Assembly (NCBI GenBank): GCA_963727715.1
Contig: CAVSGX010000004.1
Coordinates: 8,455 to 72,454, forward strand
Reading direction: 5' to 3'
Length of the DNA stretch: 64,000 nucleotides
From: an uncultured bacterium
Lineage (GTDB): Bacteria > Patescibacteriota > Minisyncoccia > Phycocordibacterales > DATDWN01
A model generated the notes under the pieces. It saw nothing but the letters and a program-made list of their open reading frames with translations. It made no database searches and was not told the origin of the DNA. The position numbers were made by a program, and so were the translations under genes. Numbering within the stretch: the stretch's first letter is position 1; each line of letters starts with the position of its first letter. Below, piece after piece: positions 10,772 to 20,438 of the stretch.

Positions 10772-10824
10772 AACCGGTTAATGGTAACACAAAATTGATA
10801 CTTTCTCAAATTTTTAAATCACTA

Positions 10825-10855
10825 ACAAAAATCCGCACCGGATTATCGGAGCGGG
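10825..10855 (-). terminator. Terminator/attenuator-like hairpin about 55 nt upstream of secA
   Basis: Minus sense: ccgctccgataatccggtgcgg followed by attttt. Confidence 0.4.
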
Positions 10856-11113
10856 TTCTTGTAAGTAGGAAAGAAAAGAGCGATTATGCTCGTTTCTTCT
10901 TTGCAGCTTTTTTCTTCTTTGCCATAAAAGTGTATTTGAAACCAACCGGCTAGCCAATTGATTCCAGAAAAAAATTAATTTTTTTAAAGTTCGCAACGAA
11001 AATATTTTTTCGTTGTTCCGACCTGTCATAATTATAGTACAGAAAAAAATAAAAAAATATTTTTTTCAGACAAAAGTGTGGATAACTATTTTTCGAAAAA
11101 ATATTTGCAAAAC

Positions 11114-11321
11114 AAATTTTCAAAAAGTATTTTCTAGAGCACGAATATTTTTCTGCTGAAAAATTTCTCTCGCTCGCCACTCAAGAAAACAATCGTCCTC
11201 GATGACGGGACTTCCGGCGAACTCCTCGCTTCGCTCGTCAAACACCGCCTTCACCCTCTCCCATCTCGTCGTTGTTTTCTAAGTGGCTCCGCAGTCTCCA
11301 AAAAACACTTTTTGAAAATTT
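11114..11321. repeat. TIR-bounded intergenic element (family B, copy E4)
   Basis: aaattttcaaaaagt (11114-11128) is the reverse complement of actttttgaaaattt (11307-11321). The imperfect IR continues inward to ..ttttttggag. The core is GC-richer, with an A/T hairpin and a tcgcttcgctc motif, the same architecture as 61674-61843. Confidence 0.5.
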
Positions 11322-11351
11322 TTTTTGTGACATATTCTTGTCTCAGCGGGA

Positions 11352-11616
11352 TTGGAAAAACAAAAAAACACCGCGTGGTGTTTTTTGTCCCGCCGATGAG
11401 CGGCGGGCGGAGACGAACCTCCAACAAATGTCATTTTGTGAGTGTTATCCGCCTGCCACTCATCAGTAAGACAAATAAAGCATAGCAAATTGGCCAAAAT
11501 CAGGCAACCCACCAATTTACATAAACCACAAAGCCCGCCGTGAGGCGGGCTTTGTGTGACATTCGTTGAGAGGTTGTGCCTTATTGCCGAAGCAATCCTG
11601 CATTCCACTCACCCCC
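11352..11616 (-). ncRNA. Candidate structured ncRNA of unknown class
   Basis: Minus-strand promoter TTGCTT (11642-11647), 17-nt spacer, TATACT (11619-11624). The RNA would start GGGGGUGAGUGG. It contains AUUGC-UUCG-GCAAU, a perfect 13-bp hairpin (cacaaagcccgcc/ggcgggctttgtg) and a 16-bp stem (11395-11410 / 11449-11464). That stem pairs better in minus sense. A terminator lies at 11352-11382. Confidence 0.35.
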
Positions 11617-11699
11617 ACAGTATACTACAATTCGACAAATAAAGCAAATCAGAAAAAGTTGTTTGTTTTAGCCGTTTTTCAGCATAGGATATCCACAGA

Positions 11700-13901
11700 T
11701 TATTGATTCTCTATCTGCTGAATGTATTGTTCCCCTTGTGTTTTGAAATCAGGTTGTTGAGTTATTATTTGGTTTATGAGGTCAATAGCCTTCTGTTTCT
11801 GTCCTATCTGCAAATAAGCTGAGGCCAAAGACAATTTGTATTGCAAGTTGGTTGGATCACTTTGCAAACGAGTGGACAAAATGGAAATGACATCTTGATA
11901 ATCATGGACTGCGGCATAAGTTTCCAAAAATCTGTTGTCGGAAATAATGACTTTCGGATCAATTTTTGATTCCATTTCTTTCAAAACATCCGGCTTTTTA
12001 TCATAAATCGCGCCAACAGCATAAATTATCTTTCCATCGGGAGAATCGGGGGCCAAATCGTAACCAGTCTGGAAAGCTTGAAAACCAGAATCATAATCCC
12101 CGGCCCCGATATAAGCCTGACCAAGAGCAAAGTATATGGAAGGTTTGTTTGGTGATTCAGCAGCAGCTCGTTTCAGATAAATCAGGGCTGTACTATATTG
12201 TCCGAAATTTCCGTAAAACTCGCCGGCAAAAAGCAAATAACGAGCATCATGCGGAGTGTTGGCAATTTTAATTTTAATCTGCTCCGCCCCAAGATTGTAG
12301 AATTGCTGTTTCAAATCGCTCGGCACTTGCTGGGAAGATTCAACTTGAGCAGAAAAAGAGACCATCTGTTCCAGAGCTTCGCTTGTGCCAAAAGAATTGT
12401 AACTGAAAACTTTTTTAAAATTCTGCAAATTGTTTGAGAGATCAGTAAGAGATTTTGGCGGAGTGATAGCCGAGATAAGAGTGACATTAGCCAAAATAGC
12501 TGGAACATTTATAAAATAGATTCCAGCCACGACCAAAATGGTGATAAGCGGAGCAAAAATATAGTTTTCACTGTCTTTGGAAAAAGTTTTGCTGTAAAAC
12601 TGGCCGGATGGTTTTTCATCGGCTGTGCTTCTGGTATGGACATAACCCAAAATAGAAAAGAACAAAATGTAACTTATGAGGTTGTCAAAGACGAAGAGAT
12701 TATGAAATACATAAGCGGCAATCATCCCGGTCAGAAGACTTTTTTCCGTCACAGACATCTTGCTCCCCCTTCTCCATATATAATAGAGTAGAGCGACATA
12801 CATTGAGGCATAAGCCAGAAAACCGACAATGCCTCCGGCTATGAGCCAATCCAAAACTATGTCGTGAGTGCGGTCAAACCACTGCTCCTGATTCCACATC
12901 CGCGTATCGTAATATTTGTTAAAGACAAAATTGAAACTTTCCTGCCCCCAGCCGAAAATCGGTCGTTCAATGACGCCTTTGACGGCCATAGGCCAAACAT
13001 AATAACGGCCCTGACTTTGAAGTTCCCCCAGACCCATTGAGGCAAAACGCGACAGAACCGGACTTTTCTGGACGAAAGAAACATTGCGAAGACTGATAAA
13101 ACTGACAATCAAAATGACAATGCCGATAAGCACGCCGTAAGCGGTTTTGCGCAAAGTTTTATTTTCTTTTTCTTTCCAAGCAACAATGATGGAAGCCAAA
13201 ACGAGACCGCCGATAAGGCCAAGAATCGCTCCCCTGGTGGCTGTGAAATACAGAATCCACGCTTCAAACAAAACCACCAAACCATAAATCCATTTTTGCC
13301 ATTTTTTGGTATCTTCTCGGAAGAAAAAATAAAGTGACAGGAAAATATTGAAAACCAGATAAATGGCCAGATAGGAAGCATTGCCAAGTGTGGCATCAAG
13401 TCTGACACCGCCTTGGTTGATTGTCAGCAAACCCAGAAGTTGCAAAGTCCCGTAAATAGACATCAGGACACTGGCCCCGATAGAGATGTTGAAAAATTGA
13501 TACCACCTTTTGGCGCTTTGAAAAACTCCGGTAGCCACAATGTAATAAAGAACAAGATGAAAAATCAAAACAAAACCTTCCATTCTTTCGTAGTTGCTCC
13601 ACAAACTTTTGTAAACATTGGCGGAAAGCAGATCGGCCACAAGCATTGCTCCGGCAAAAATAAGGATTGATTTGGTGATCCAGGACATTTTCGGTCGATA
13701 TTCGGGCGATATGACGCACAACATGGCATAAAGCCCGAACAAAATTTCAACTAAGATGCGAAAAACAAAACCTTTGCCGGAAATAAATGGGAAAAACATA
13801 TTGACTGGAACAAAAAAAGCGATGAACGGAACAAGAAACAGGCCGATTGTTGTGGCCCACAAAAGTGCGTTTTTGGTTTTCATATGGAAAGAGTATAGCA
13901 A
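11700..13901 (-). CDS. O-antigen ligase/polymerase-like membrane protein with C-terminal TPR repeats
   Basis: 733 aa, more than 10 TM segments. FTATRGAILGLIGGLVL resembles Wzy_C/O-antigen ligase loops. The C-terminal 250 aa or so has a TPR-like A/Y/G pattern (ALGQAYIGAGDYDSG, LASAYLQIGQKQKA). Confidence 0.65.
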   Translation of the reverse strand: MLYSFHMKTKNALLWATTIGLFLVPFIAFFVPVNMFFPFISGKGFVFRILVEILFGLYAMLCVISPEYRPKMSWITKSILIFAGAMLVADLLSANVYKSLWSNYERMEGFVLIFHLVLYYIVATGVFQSAKRWYQFFNISIGASVLMSIYGTLQLLGLLTINQGGVRLDATLGNASYLAIYLVFNIFLSLYFFFREDTKKWQKWIYGLVVLFEAWILYFTATRGAILGLIGGLVLASIIVAWKEKENKTLRKTAYGVLIGIVILIVSFISLRNVSFVQKSPVLSRFASMGLGELQSQGRYYVWPMAVKGVIERPIFGWGQESFNFVFNKYYDTRMWNQEQWFDRTHDIVLDWLIAGGIVGFLAYASMYVALLYYIWRRGSKMSVTEKSLLTGMIAAYVFHNLFVFDNLISYILFFSILGYVHTRSTADEKPSGQFYSKTFSKDSENYIFAPLITILVVAGIYFINVPAILANVTLISAITPPKSLTDLSNNLQNFKKVFSYNSFGTSEALEQMVSFSAQVESSQQVPSDLKQQFYNLGAEQIKIKIANTPHDARYLLFAGEFYGNFGQYSTALIYLKRAAAESPNKPSIYFALGQAYIGAGDYDSGFQAFQTGYDLAPDSPDGKIIYAVGAIYDKKPDVLKEMESKIDPKVIISDNRFLETYAAVHDYQDVISILSTRLQSDPTNLQYKLSLASAYLQIGQKQKAIDLINQIITQQPDFKTQGEQYIQQIENQ

Positions 13902-13945
13902 ATAGATTTTCTAAGCGCTAGCAATAAGGCTTATAATAAAGTAAT

Positions 13946-15223
13946 ATGGAACCTATGAATAAATTGAAAGAGAAAGGAATCAGTTGGCTAAAGTGGTTGG
14001 AGAAATACACCAAAACCGATATGCTTTACCTGGCCAGAGGCGGTTTTTGGGGTCTAATAAGCCAAATAAGCCTCGTAATTATGACTTTTGGCCTAGCTAT
14101 AGCCTTTGCCCATCTAGTGCCAAAAGAGGTCTATGGTCAATATAAATACATTCTTTCCATCATCAGCTTACTTGGCACATTGACTTTGACCGGACTTGGC
14201 ACAGCCACATTGCAATCAATCAGCCGTGGCTATGAAGGGGCTCTTTCCTACGCTTTTTGGAAAAATATAAAATGGAGCGTATTATTTTTTCTCGGCGCCG
14301 GATTGATATCGGTTTACTATTTTATCCACGGCAATTTCACTTTGGCCGTCTCTATGCTCATTGCCGGATGTCTCTGGCCATTTTTTAACAGCACTAATTT
14401 TTATTCTTCCCTCCTGATAGCTAAAAAAGATTTTCGTCGGATAACTATTTATTTTGATATCATCGGCAACTTTGTTCCATATATTTGTTTATTCGTCACA
14501 ATGTTTTTGACCAAAAATCCTGTTTTCTTTGTGGCGGTTTATATTATCTCAAATACACTTATTGGTATCATATTATATAGACGTATCATTTCAATCTACA
14601 AACCGAACAACAAAGTTGACCCTGAGATGCTTACTTACAGCAAACATTTGAGTTTGATTGGAATATTGTCAGGTCTTTCCGATAATTTGGATCAGATACT
14701 GGTTTTCCATTATGTCGGCGCAGCCGAGCTGGCCGTCTACAATTTCGCCACGGCCATTCCGGACCAGATTAAAGGCCCGGTAAAAAATTTGGGTAATATG
14801 ATTTTCCCAAAATTCGCCGAGCGTGAAGACAAAGAGATAAAATCTGGGATGGGATTAAAAATGTTGATATTGCTGGCCGTTTGCCTCATTATGACTGTCG
14901 GGTATATTGCGTTGGCTCCGTATATATTCAAAATATTTTTCCCAAAATATCTTGATTCGGTTTTTTATTCGCAGATTTTCAGTCTTTCCTTGATTTCTTA
15001 CATAGCCATACCGGCGAACACATATCTAGTTGCCAAAAAAAAGATTCGAGAGCAATATATCACAAATGTCACAATGTCCATTTTTCAGATAATTATTCTT
15101 TTTGTGTCAGTGGTGGTTTGGGGGCTTATTGGTCTTGTAGTGGCCAGAGTGTTGGTCCGCACCCTTTCGGCCGTTATCAGCATTGTATTTTATAATGTTT
15201 CCATAAAAAGGGTTGGGACATAA
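13946..15223 (+). CDS. Wzx-like polysaccharide/oligosaccharide flippase (MOP superfamily)
   Basis: 425 aa, about 12 TM segments, located in a glycan cluster. Confidence 0.65.
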   Translation: MEPMNKLKEKGISWLKWLEKYTKTDMLYLARGGFWGLISQISLVIMTFGLAIAFAHLVPKEVYGQYKYILSIISLLGTLTLTGLGTATLQSISRGYEGALSYAFWKNIKWSVLFFLGAGLISVYYFIHGNFTLAVSMLIAGCLWPFFNSTNFYSSLLIAKKDFRRITIYFDIIGNFVPYICLFVTMFLTKNPVFFVAVYIISNTLIGIILYRRIISIYKPNNKVDPEMLTYSKHLSLIGILSGLSDNLDQILVFHYVGAAELAVYNFATAIPDQIKGPVKNLGNMIFPKFAEREDKEIKSGMGLKMLILLAVCLIMTVGYIALAPYIFKIFFPKYLDSVFYSQIFSLSLISYIAIPANTYLVAKKKIREQYITNVTMSIFQIIILFVSVVVWGLIGLVVARVLVRTLSAVISIVFYNVSIKRVGT

Positions 15224-15229
15224 AACATT

Positions 15230-15841
15230 ATGATTAAAGCTGTTTTATTCGATCTTGACGGAGTATTGGTTAATATGCCAGATGGGCACTATGAAGCTCT
15301 TAATAAAGCCCTGTCTCTTTTTGGCGCACGCATAGAAAGGGAGGAACATGACAATCATTTCAACGGATTGCCGACAAGAAAAAAGTTGGAGTTGTTGGAA
15401 AGGGAAAAAAGATTACCACCAGGATTGTCTGAATTTATAAATTCAATCAAACAAAAATATACCAAAGAAATTATACCGAAATATTGCACTCCTGATTATT
15501 CAAAAATCATCATGCTTGAACATTTGAAAAGCAGAGATTTGAAACTTGCTTGTTGTTCAAATTCAATAAAAGAAACACTAAATTTAATGCTCCAGTCCGC
15601 CAATATTTTTGACTTCTTCGATTTGATTATGGGCAACGATGAGGTTGTAAATCCAAAACCCCATCCGGAAATATATTTGAGAGCCTTTGAAGAATTGAGA
15701 GTTAAACCGCTCGAATGCATAATTGTGGAAGACGCTCCTCATGGCATCGCCGCGGCAAAGGCCTCCGGAGCCCGGGTCATAGAAGTCCGCGGAGTTGAAG
15801 ATGTGAACTTCTCTTTATTTGAGGGTATAATTTTTGATTAA
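15230..15841 (+). CDS. HAD-superfamily hydrolase/phosphatase
   Basis: AVLFDLDGVLV (DxDG motif I), CSNS (motif II) and VEDAPHG (motif IV). Confidence 0.85.
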   Translation: MIKAVLFDLDGVLVNMPDGHYEALNKALSLFGARIEREEHDNHFNGLPTRKKLELLEREKRLPPGLSEFINSIKQKYTKEIIPKYCTPDYSKIIMLEHLKSRDLKLACCSNSIKETLNLMLQSANIFDFFDLIMGNDEVVNPKPHPEIYLRAFEELRVKPLECIIVEDAPHGIAAAKASGARVIEVRGVEDVNFSLFEGIIFD

Positions 15842-16162
15842 ATGAAAATACAACGTTTGGAAAATTTCACTAAAGGATGGGTTGTCGGAGACTTTGACCC
15901 GTCAATCATCAAAACCAAAGATTTTGAGTTCATGGTTCGTTATTACAAAACTGGAGATACCGAGGCAAAACATGTCCATAAAATAGCTGAGGAAATTACT
16001 GTCATCGTTTCCGGAAAATTCAGAATGAATGATAAAATTGTCACGGCTGGAGATGCTGTTCATTTGATGCCTGGCGAAGCCACTGATTTTGAATGCATAG
16101 AAGACGGCTCAAACGCGGTTGTAAAAATCCCCTCGGTTCTAGGAGATAAATATATTGTTTAA
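15842..16162 (+). CDS. Small cupin-fold protein
   Basis: 106 aa. KHVHKIAEEITVIVSGKF..GDAVHLMPGE resembles cupin motifs. Confidence 0.45.
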   Translation: MKIQRLENFTKGWVVGDFDPSIIKTKDFEFMVRYYKTGDTEAKHVHKIAEEITVIVSGKFRMNDKIVTAGDAVHLMPGEATDFECIEDGSNAVVKIPSVLGDKYIV

Positions 16163-17002
16163 ATCTTTAACCAAATCGGGCCAATCTGTGCACACAGCAT
16201 CTGGTTTCAGATTGATTATTTCTTTTAATCGTTTGATTAAAATTTCCTTACTGCTGGCGTCTTGATGAGCTTCCCCCCCTAAAAGTCCAGGGGATGTGGC
16301 ATGAAGTTCTGGAGTAACCAGGGCGATTTTTATGTTATTTTTTCTTAACAAATCAAATGTCTGCTTTTCATAAAAAGTTTTTTCTCCTCCACCAAGCAGA
16401 GATTTATCCCATTCATCCAACCAAACCCAGTCGAACAAATTTTTATTTTTTATGGCTTCGTCCAAGGTTATGAGTGTTTTGCCCACCACTTGAGAATAAC
16501 GCTCAATATCGTAAACATGCGATACCGACGGAGCAAGATGAGTTTTTGGATTTTTTCTTTTCATGTAAGAGGCTGTTTTGACTGTAGCATCAAAAATAAT
16601 TAAACAGTCTAAATCAATTTTTTGAAGTTCGTGGGAAAGAAGATCCAAATATTCCGGGTTTTGCCAAAGATATTTCAAATGAAGAGCGGAAATTCGCGAC
16701 TCAAAAGACATTAATAAATTAAAAATTTTTGGTATTGTCATCAAGTGACAACCGGAAAAATCCATATTGAGAATTTCTTCGGCTGTTACTTCACTAATCA
16801 ATCTTTCATCTCTACCTTGAGTTATGCGTTTAAGATTTGAATCGTGAATAACAACCATTTGACGGTCTTTTGTAAATTGCAGATCAAATTCCAAGCCAAA
16901 TCCCCTACTAAGCTGATCGGTAAAGGCCTCTCTTGAACTTTCCGCGAAATAATGGTCGCGACCGCAGTCTATCCCACGATGGGTGATTATTTGCATATGC
17001 AA
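16139..17002 (-). CDS. Glycerophosphodiester phosphodiesterase family protein
   Basis: ITHRGI...GLEFDLQFTKDRQMVVIHD matches the GDPD catalytic His/Glu/Asp pattern. Confidence 0.7.
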   Translation of the reverse strand: MHMQIITHRGIDCGRDHYFAESSREAFTDQLSRGFGLEFDLQFTKDRQMVVIHDSNLKRITQGRDERLISEVTAEEILNMDFSGCHLMTIPKIFNLLMSFESRISALHLKYLWQNPEYLDLLSHELQKIDLDCLIIFDATVKTASYMKRKNPKTHLAPSVSHVYDIERYSQVVGKTLITLDEAIKNKNLFDWVWLDEWDKSLLGGGEKTFYEKQTFDLLRKNNIKIALVTPELHATSPGLLGGEAHQDASSKEILIKRLKEIINLKPDAVCTDWPDLVKDLNNIFIS

Positions 17003-17067
17003 ATAATATCACTTTAAAAATCACTTTAAAAATGCTAGGATTGCATATAACAAACTAATAAAAATCT

Positions 17068-17889
17068 ATGAAAAATAAAGGCAAAAAACAAGGAAATTTG
17101 TCAGCCAAAAAAATGACAAAAAGTGTTAAAGAAAAGGAAAAAACACTCAATATCGTCATCCCCATGGCCGGTAAGGGCTCGCGCTTTATAGAGGCCGGGT
17201 ATACTTTTCCTAAACCGCTTATATCCATAAAAAATAAAACTATGATTGAGGTGGTTATAAAAAACCTCAAACCAAAAATCAAACACCGTTTCATTTTCAT
17301 AGCCCAAAAAGAACACTGCGAAAAATACGATATATACAATGTCTTGAAAAAAACAACGGACAACAATTTTGAATTGATTCAAATAAATGGGGTGACCGAG
17401 GGCGCGGCATGCACAGTTTTATTGTCATCACAATACATAAACAACGACGACGATTTGCTTATCGCTAACTCAGATCAATATATAGACACAGACATAAACG
17501 ATTTTATAAAAAAATCCAGAAATCTGAAAATGGATGGAACGATTATGACCTTCGAAGCCAGCCATCCGAAGTGGAGTTACGCCAGAACGGATAATCTTGG
17601 TAGAATAATCGAGGTAGCCGAAAAAAAAGTCATTTCGCCCAATGCCACCGTGGGCATATATTATTTTTCAAAAGGTTCCAATTTCGTAAAAGCGGCATAG
17701 TCCATGATCCAAAAAAATATACGTCACAACAATGAATTCTATGTTTGTCCGGTATATAACGAGATGATTTTAATGGGGAAAAATTCTTATGTTTATAAAA
17801 TAGAACCGGAAGATATGCATGGGCTTGGCACACCGGAAGATCTTAACCTTTTTATGAAAAAACTGGACGAGGGAAAAGTTAAAATTTAA
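17068..17889 (+). pseudogene. Sugar-phosphate nucleotidyltransferase interrupted by a single in-frame TAG (17698-17700)
   Basis: NIVIPMAGKGSRF..FPKPL is the NTP-transferase signature. ORFs 17068..17700 and 17704..17889 are in the same frame (636 nt apart). Together they read ..NFVKAA*SMIQKNIRHNNEFYVCPVYNEMI..GLGTPEDL, as in full-length homologues. Confidence 0.6.
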
Positions 17890-17904
17890 CCATTAATCCT
17901 AAAC

Positions 17905-18729
17905 ATGACCAAACTATATTACAATTTCAAAAAAATGTGCATTTTGGTATTTAAATGGACAGGTTTGAGTGTATTGCTCCGCTATATTTCCGATGTTTAT
18001 GAGGTGAAATGCAACGCCCCCAAAGCAAACTTTGATGAACTAAAGAAAGGGTGGTCAATAATAGTCATAACCGATGGACACAATAAAGATTGTCTTGATA
18101 AATTAATACAGACGGCCGGTTTAGAATTGAAGGATTCTCCTTATGAGATAATAATAGTTGGCCCGCCGAATTTAGATATAAATTCATACAAAAATTATAA
18201 TGTTATACATTTCCCTTACAGAGAATTGTTGCTGTGGGGAGTGCCCGGTTTTATAAGCAGAAAAAAGAATGCCGGGGCAAAATTGGCCAAATATGACAAA
18301 TTGGCGGTAAGTCATGATTATGTATCTTTTTTGCCGGGTTGGAAAAAAGGATTTGATCAGTTTGGAGATTTTACAGTCGGCACAAATATTGTTTTGAATC
18401 AAAATGGAAAAAGGCATAGAGATTGGATAACATTTGACTACCCCGGTATCGGACAAGCGATGATACCATATGATAAATCCTGCAACAAATATCAATATCT
18501 CAACGGAACATATTTTGTGGTCAAAAGAAATTTTTTTCTGGAAAATCCGATTGATGAAAAACATAGATGGGGTGAAGGAGAAGATGTCTGGTGGTCAATG
18601 AAAATCAGAGAGAAGACAAATTTTTCAATGAATACACTTAGTTCCGTGATATATTCAAAACTGAAACCAAACCCTTCTGAACGTTGGCAAAGAAATTCAG
18701 AAAAATTAAAATTGGAATTGGAGAAATAA
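17905..18729 (+). CDS. Hypothetical protein, possibly a GT-A-like glycosyltransferase
   Basis: 274 aa in the glycan cluster. WGEGEDVWWS resembles the acidic motif of GT2-like enzymes. Weak call. Confidence 0.35.
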   Translation: MTKLYYNFKKMCILVFKWTGLSVLLRYISDVYEVKCNAPKANFDELKKGWSIIVITDGHNKDCLDKLIQTAGLELKDSPYEIIIVGPPNLDINSYKNYNVIHFPYRELLLWGVPGFISRKKNAGAKLAKYDKLAVSHDYVSFLPGWKKGFDQFGDFTVGTNIVLNQNGKRHRDWITFDYPGIGQAMIPYDKSCNKYQYLNGTYFVVKRNFFLENPIDEKHRWGEGEDVWWSMKIREKTNFSMNTLSSVIYSKLKPNPSERWQRNSEKLKLELEK

Positions 18730-18746
18730 TTGATAAAAATATTCAA

Positions 18747-19535
18747 ATGATTCATAAATTATTAAAAAGAATTAAAGGTATCAAGAGAACTCAAAAAATT
18801 TTTGGAAGACTTTTCAGATTTTCTTTGGCCGGGATGAATTATGGCAACGGCGATAACTTTACAGAAAGCGGAGAAATAAATACACTCAATTACATAAAAA
18901 ATAAAATCAAAAATGGAGAAAGGGCGGTAATTTTTGATGTGGGCGCAAATATAGGAAATTATTCATATCTCCTATCGGAAATGTTTGGCCCAGAATCAAT
19001 AGTCCATTCATTTGAACCATCAATAAAGACATTTGGGGTGTTCAAAGAAAATACAAAAAAGAAGGCGAATATTTTACCAAACAACTTTGGCATGAGTGAC
19101 TCAAAAAAAGAAGAGTTACTTTATACAAACGCTGAAGGCTCTGGAATAGCTTCCATGTACAAGAGAAACTTGGTTCACTTCGGAATAGTCTTGGATAAAA
19201 ATGAGAAAATAAAACTATCCACTGTGGATGATTATTGCGAAGAAAACAAAATCAAAAAAATAAACTTTCTTAAAATAGATGTGGAAAGGCATGAATTAAG
19301 TGTTCTTAAGGGTGCAGAAAAAATGATAGCTGGCGGAAAAATAGATTTCATACAGTTTGAATTTGGGGGTTGTAATATAGACTCCAGAACTTATTTTCAG
19401 GATTTTTTCTACAAATTAAAAGATAATTTCCGCATATACAGGATACTAAAAGATGGCCTCTTTGAAATACCTAGATACGACGAAACTTTGGAGATTTTCG
19501 TTACGACAAATTATTTAGCTGAAAAAATAAAATAA
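18747..19535 (+). CDS. FkbM-family methyltransferase
   Basis: VIFDVGANIGNYS..SFEPS..LKIDVERHELSVLKGA. Start moved to the ATG at 18747 to avoid overlap with the upstream gene. Confidence 0.8.
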   Translation: MIHKLLKRIKGIKRTQKIFGRLFRFSLAGMNYGNGDNFTESGEINTLNYIKNKIKNGERAVIFDVGANIGNYSYLLSEMFGPESIVHSFEPSIKTFGVFKENTKKKANILPNNFGMSDSKKEELLYTNAEGSGIASMYKRNLVHFGIVLDKNEKIKLSTVDDYCEENKIKKINFLKIDVERHELSVLKGAEKMIAGGKIDFIQFEFGGCNIDSRTYFQDFFYKLKDNFRIYRILKDGLFEIPRYDETLEIFVTTNYLAEKIK

Positions 19536-19538
19536 TCT

Positions 19539-20435
19539 ATGTCTCTAAAAAATGTAATAATCACTGAACTATCCGGTGGTTTAGGTAACCAGCTCTTTCA
19601 ATACTCTGCCGGAAAATCTTTGGCTAAAAAACTTGGCGTTCCTCTGATTTTAGATCTGGGAAATTACAAAGACAGTAAAAGGCCTTATGCTCTAGATATA
19701 TTTGATATCAATCCAAGAATCGCCACAATAGAAGAAATAGAACAAGCCAAAAGGGGAGAAATTTTCAGAAAAATAGCTCATAAAATTTCAGCGAGATTGG
19801 AAAATCCAGTTTCTTATATACTCTTATTGATAACCGGTTTTTATGTTTTTAAAGAGCCATATTCCCATTTTTATCCAGATTTTTTCAGATTGCCGAAAAA
19901 TTCTTTACTGCGCGGTAACTGGCAAAGTCAAAAATATTTTGAAAACATTATCGATGATTTACGTAATGAGCTTGTCTTTCGTTCCGATATAAAAGAAAAA
20001 TGTTTAGAAATGTTATCCCAAATATCTTCTATAAATTCCGTATCAATCCATGTAAGGCGAGAAGACTATTTGGACAAGCCCGAGAAATATCCTGTTTGCT
20101 CAATTGAATATTACAAAGAAGCAGTAAAAATTCTAGAGCAAAAAATATCTGAGCCGGTGTATTTTATTTTCTCCGATGACACAAAATGGTTTAAAGGAAA
20201 TATGGGTTTTATAAAAAATGCTATTTTCATATCTGATAAAACATACAGGGATTGCGATGAATTTTTTCTAATGAGCCTTTGCAAACACAATATTATTGCC
20301 AACTCATCATTTTCCTGGTGGGCGGCTAAACTCGGCAAAAACCGGGATAAACTGGTAATCGCACCTAAGATGTGGTTTGGTGGCCATATCAAAGACACTA
20401 TGGATATTGTACCGAGCTCGTGGATTAAAATATAA
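19539..20435 (+). CDS. Alpha-1,2-fucosyltransferase (GT11)
   Basis: GGLGNQLFQY N-terminal motif, HVRREDY, and SSFSWWAA near the C-terminus. Confidence 0.8.
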   Translation: MSLKNVIITELSGGLGNQLFQYSAGKSLAKKLGVPLILDLGNYKDSKRPYALDIFDINPRIATIEEIEQAKRGEIFRKIAHKISARLENPVSYILLLITGFYVFKEPYSHFYPDFFRLPKNSLLRGNWQSQKYFENIIDDLRNELVFRSDIKEKCLEMLSQISSINSVSIHVRREDYLDKPEKYPVCSIEYYKEAVKILEQKISEPVYFIFSDDTKWFKGNMGFIKNAIFISDKTYRDCDEFFLMSLCKHNIIANSSFSWWAAKLGKNRDKLVIAPKMWFGGHIKDTMDIVPSSWIKI

Positions 20436-20438
20436 ATC

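Noticed and set aside
11395-11470. CUGAUGAG string and a GGUUCG-containing 70-nt hairpin, considered as a hammerhead ribozyme or a tRNA/tmRNA-like domain
   Set aside because: There is no matching GAAA core or helix arrangement for a hammerhead. The cloverleaf fails: the T-stem has a mismatch and 4 extra nt before the acceptor. No tag-peptide ORF or CCA-proximal acceptor is present. It is kept only as part of an unassigned ncRNA candidate.
10814-11608. Track ORFs 10814..11029, 10950..11180, 11272..11469 and 11279..11608 in the secA-upstream gap
   Set aside because: They are AT-rich or repeat-derived frames with no SD and implausible composition. They overlap the hairpins and TIR element described above.
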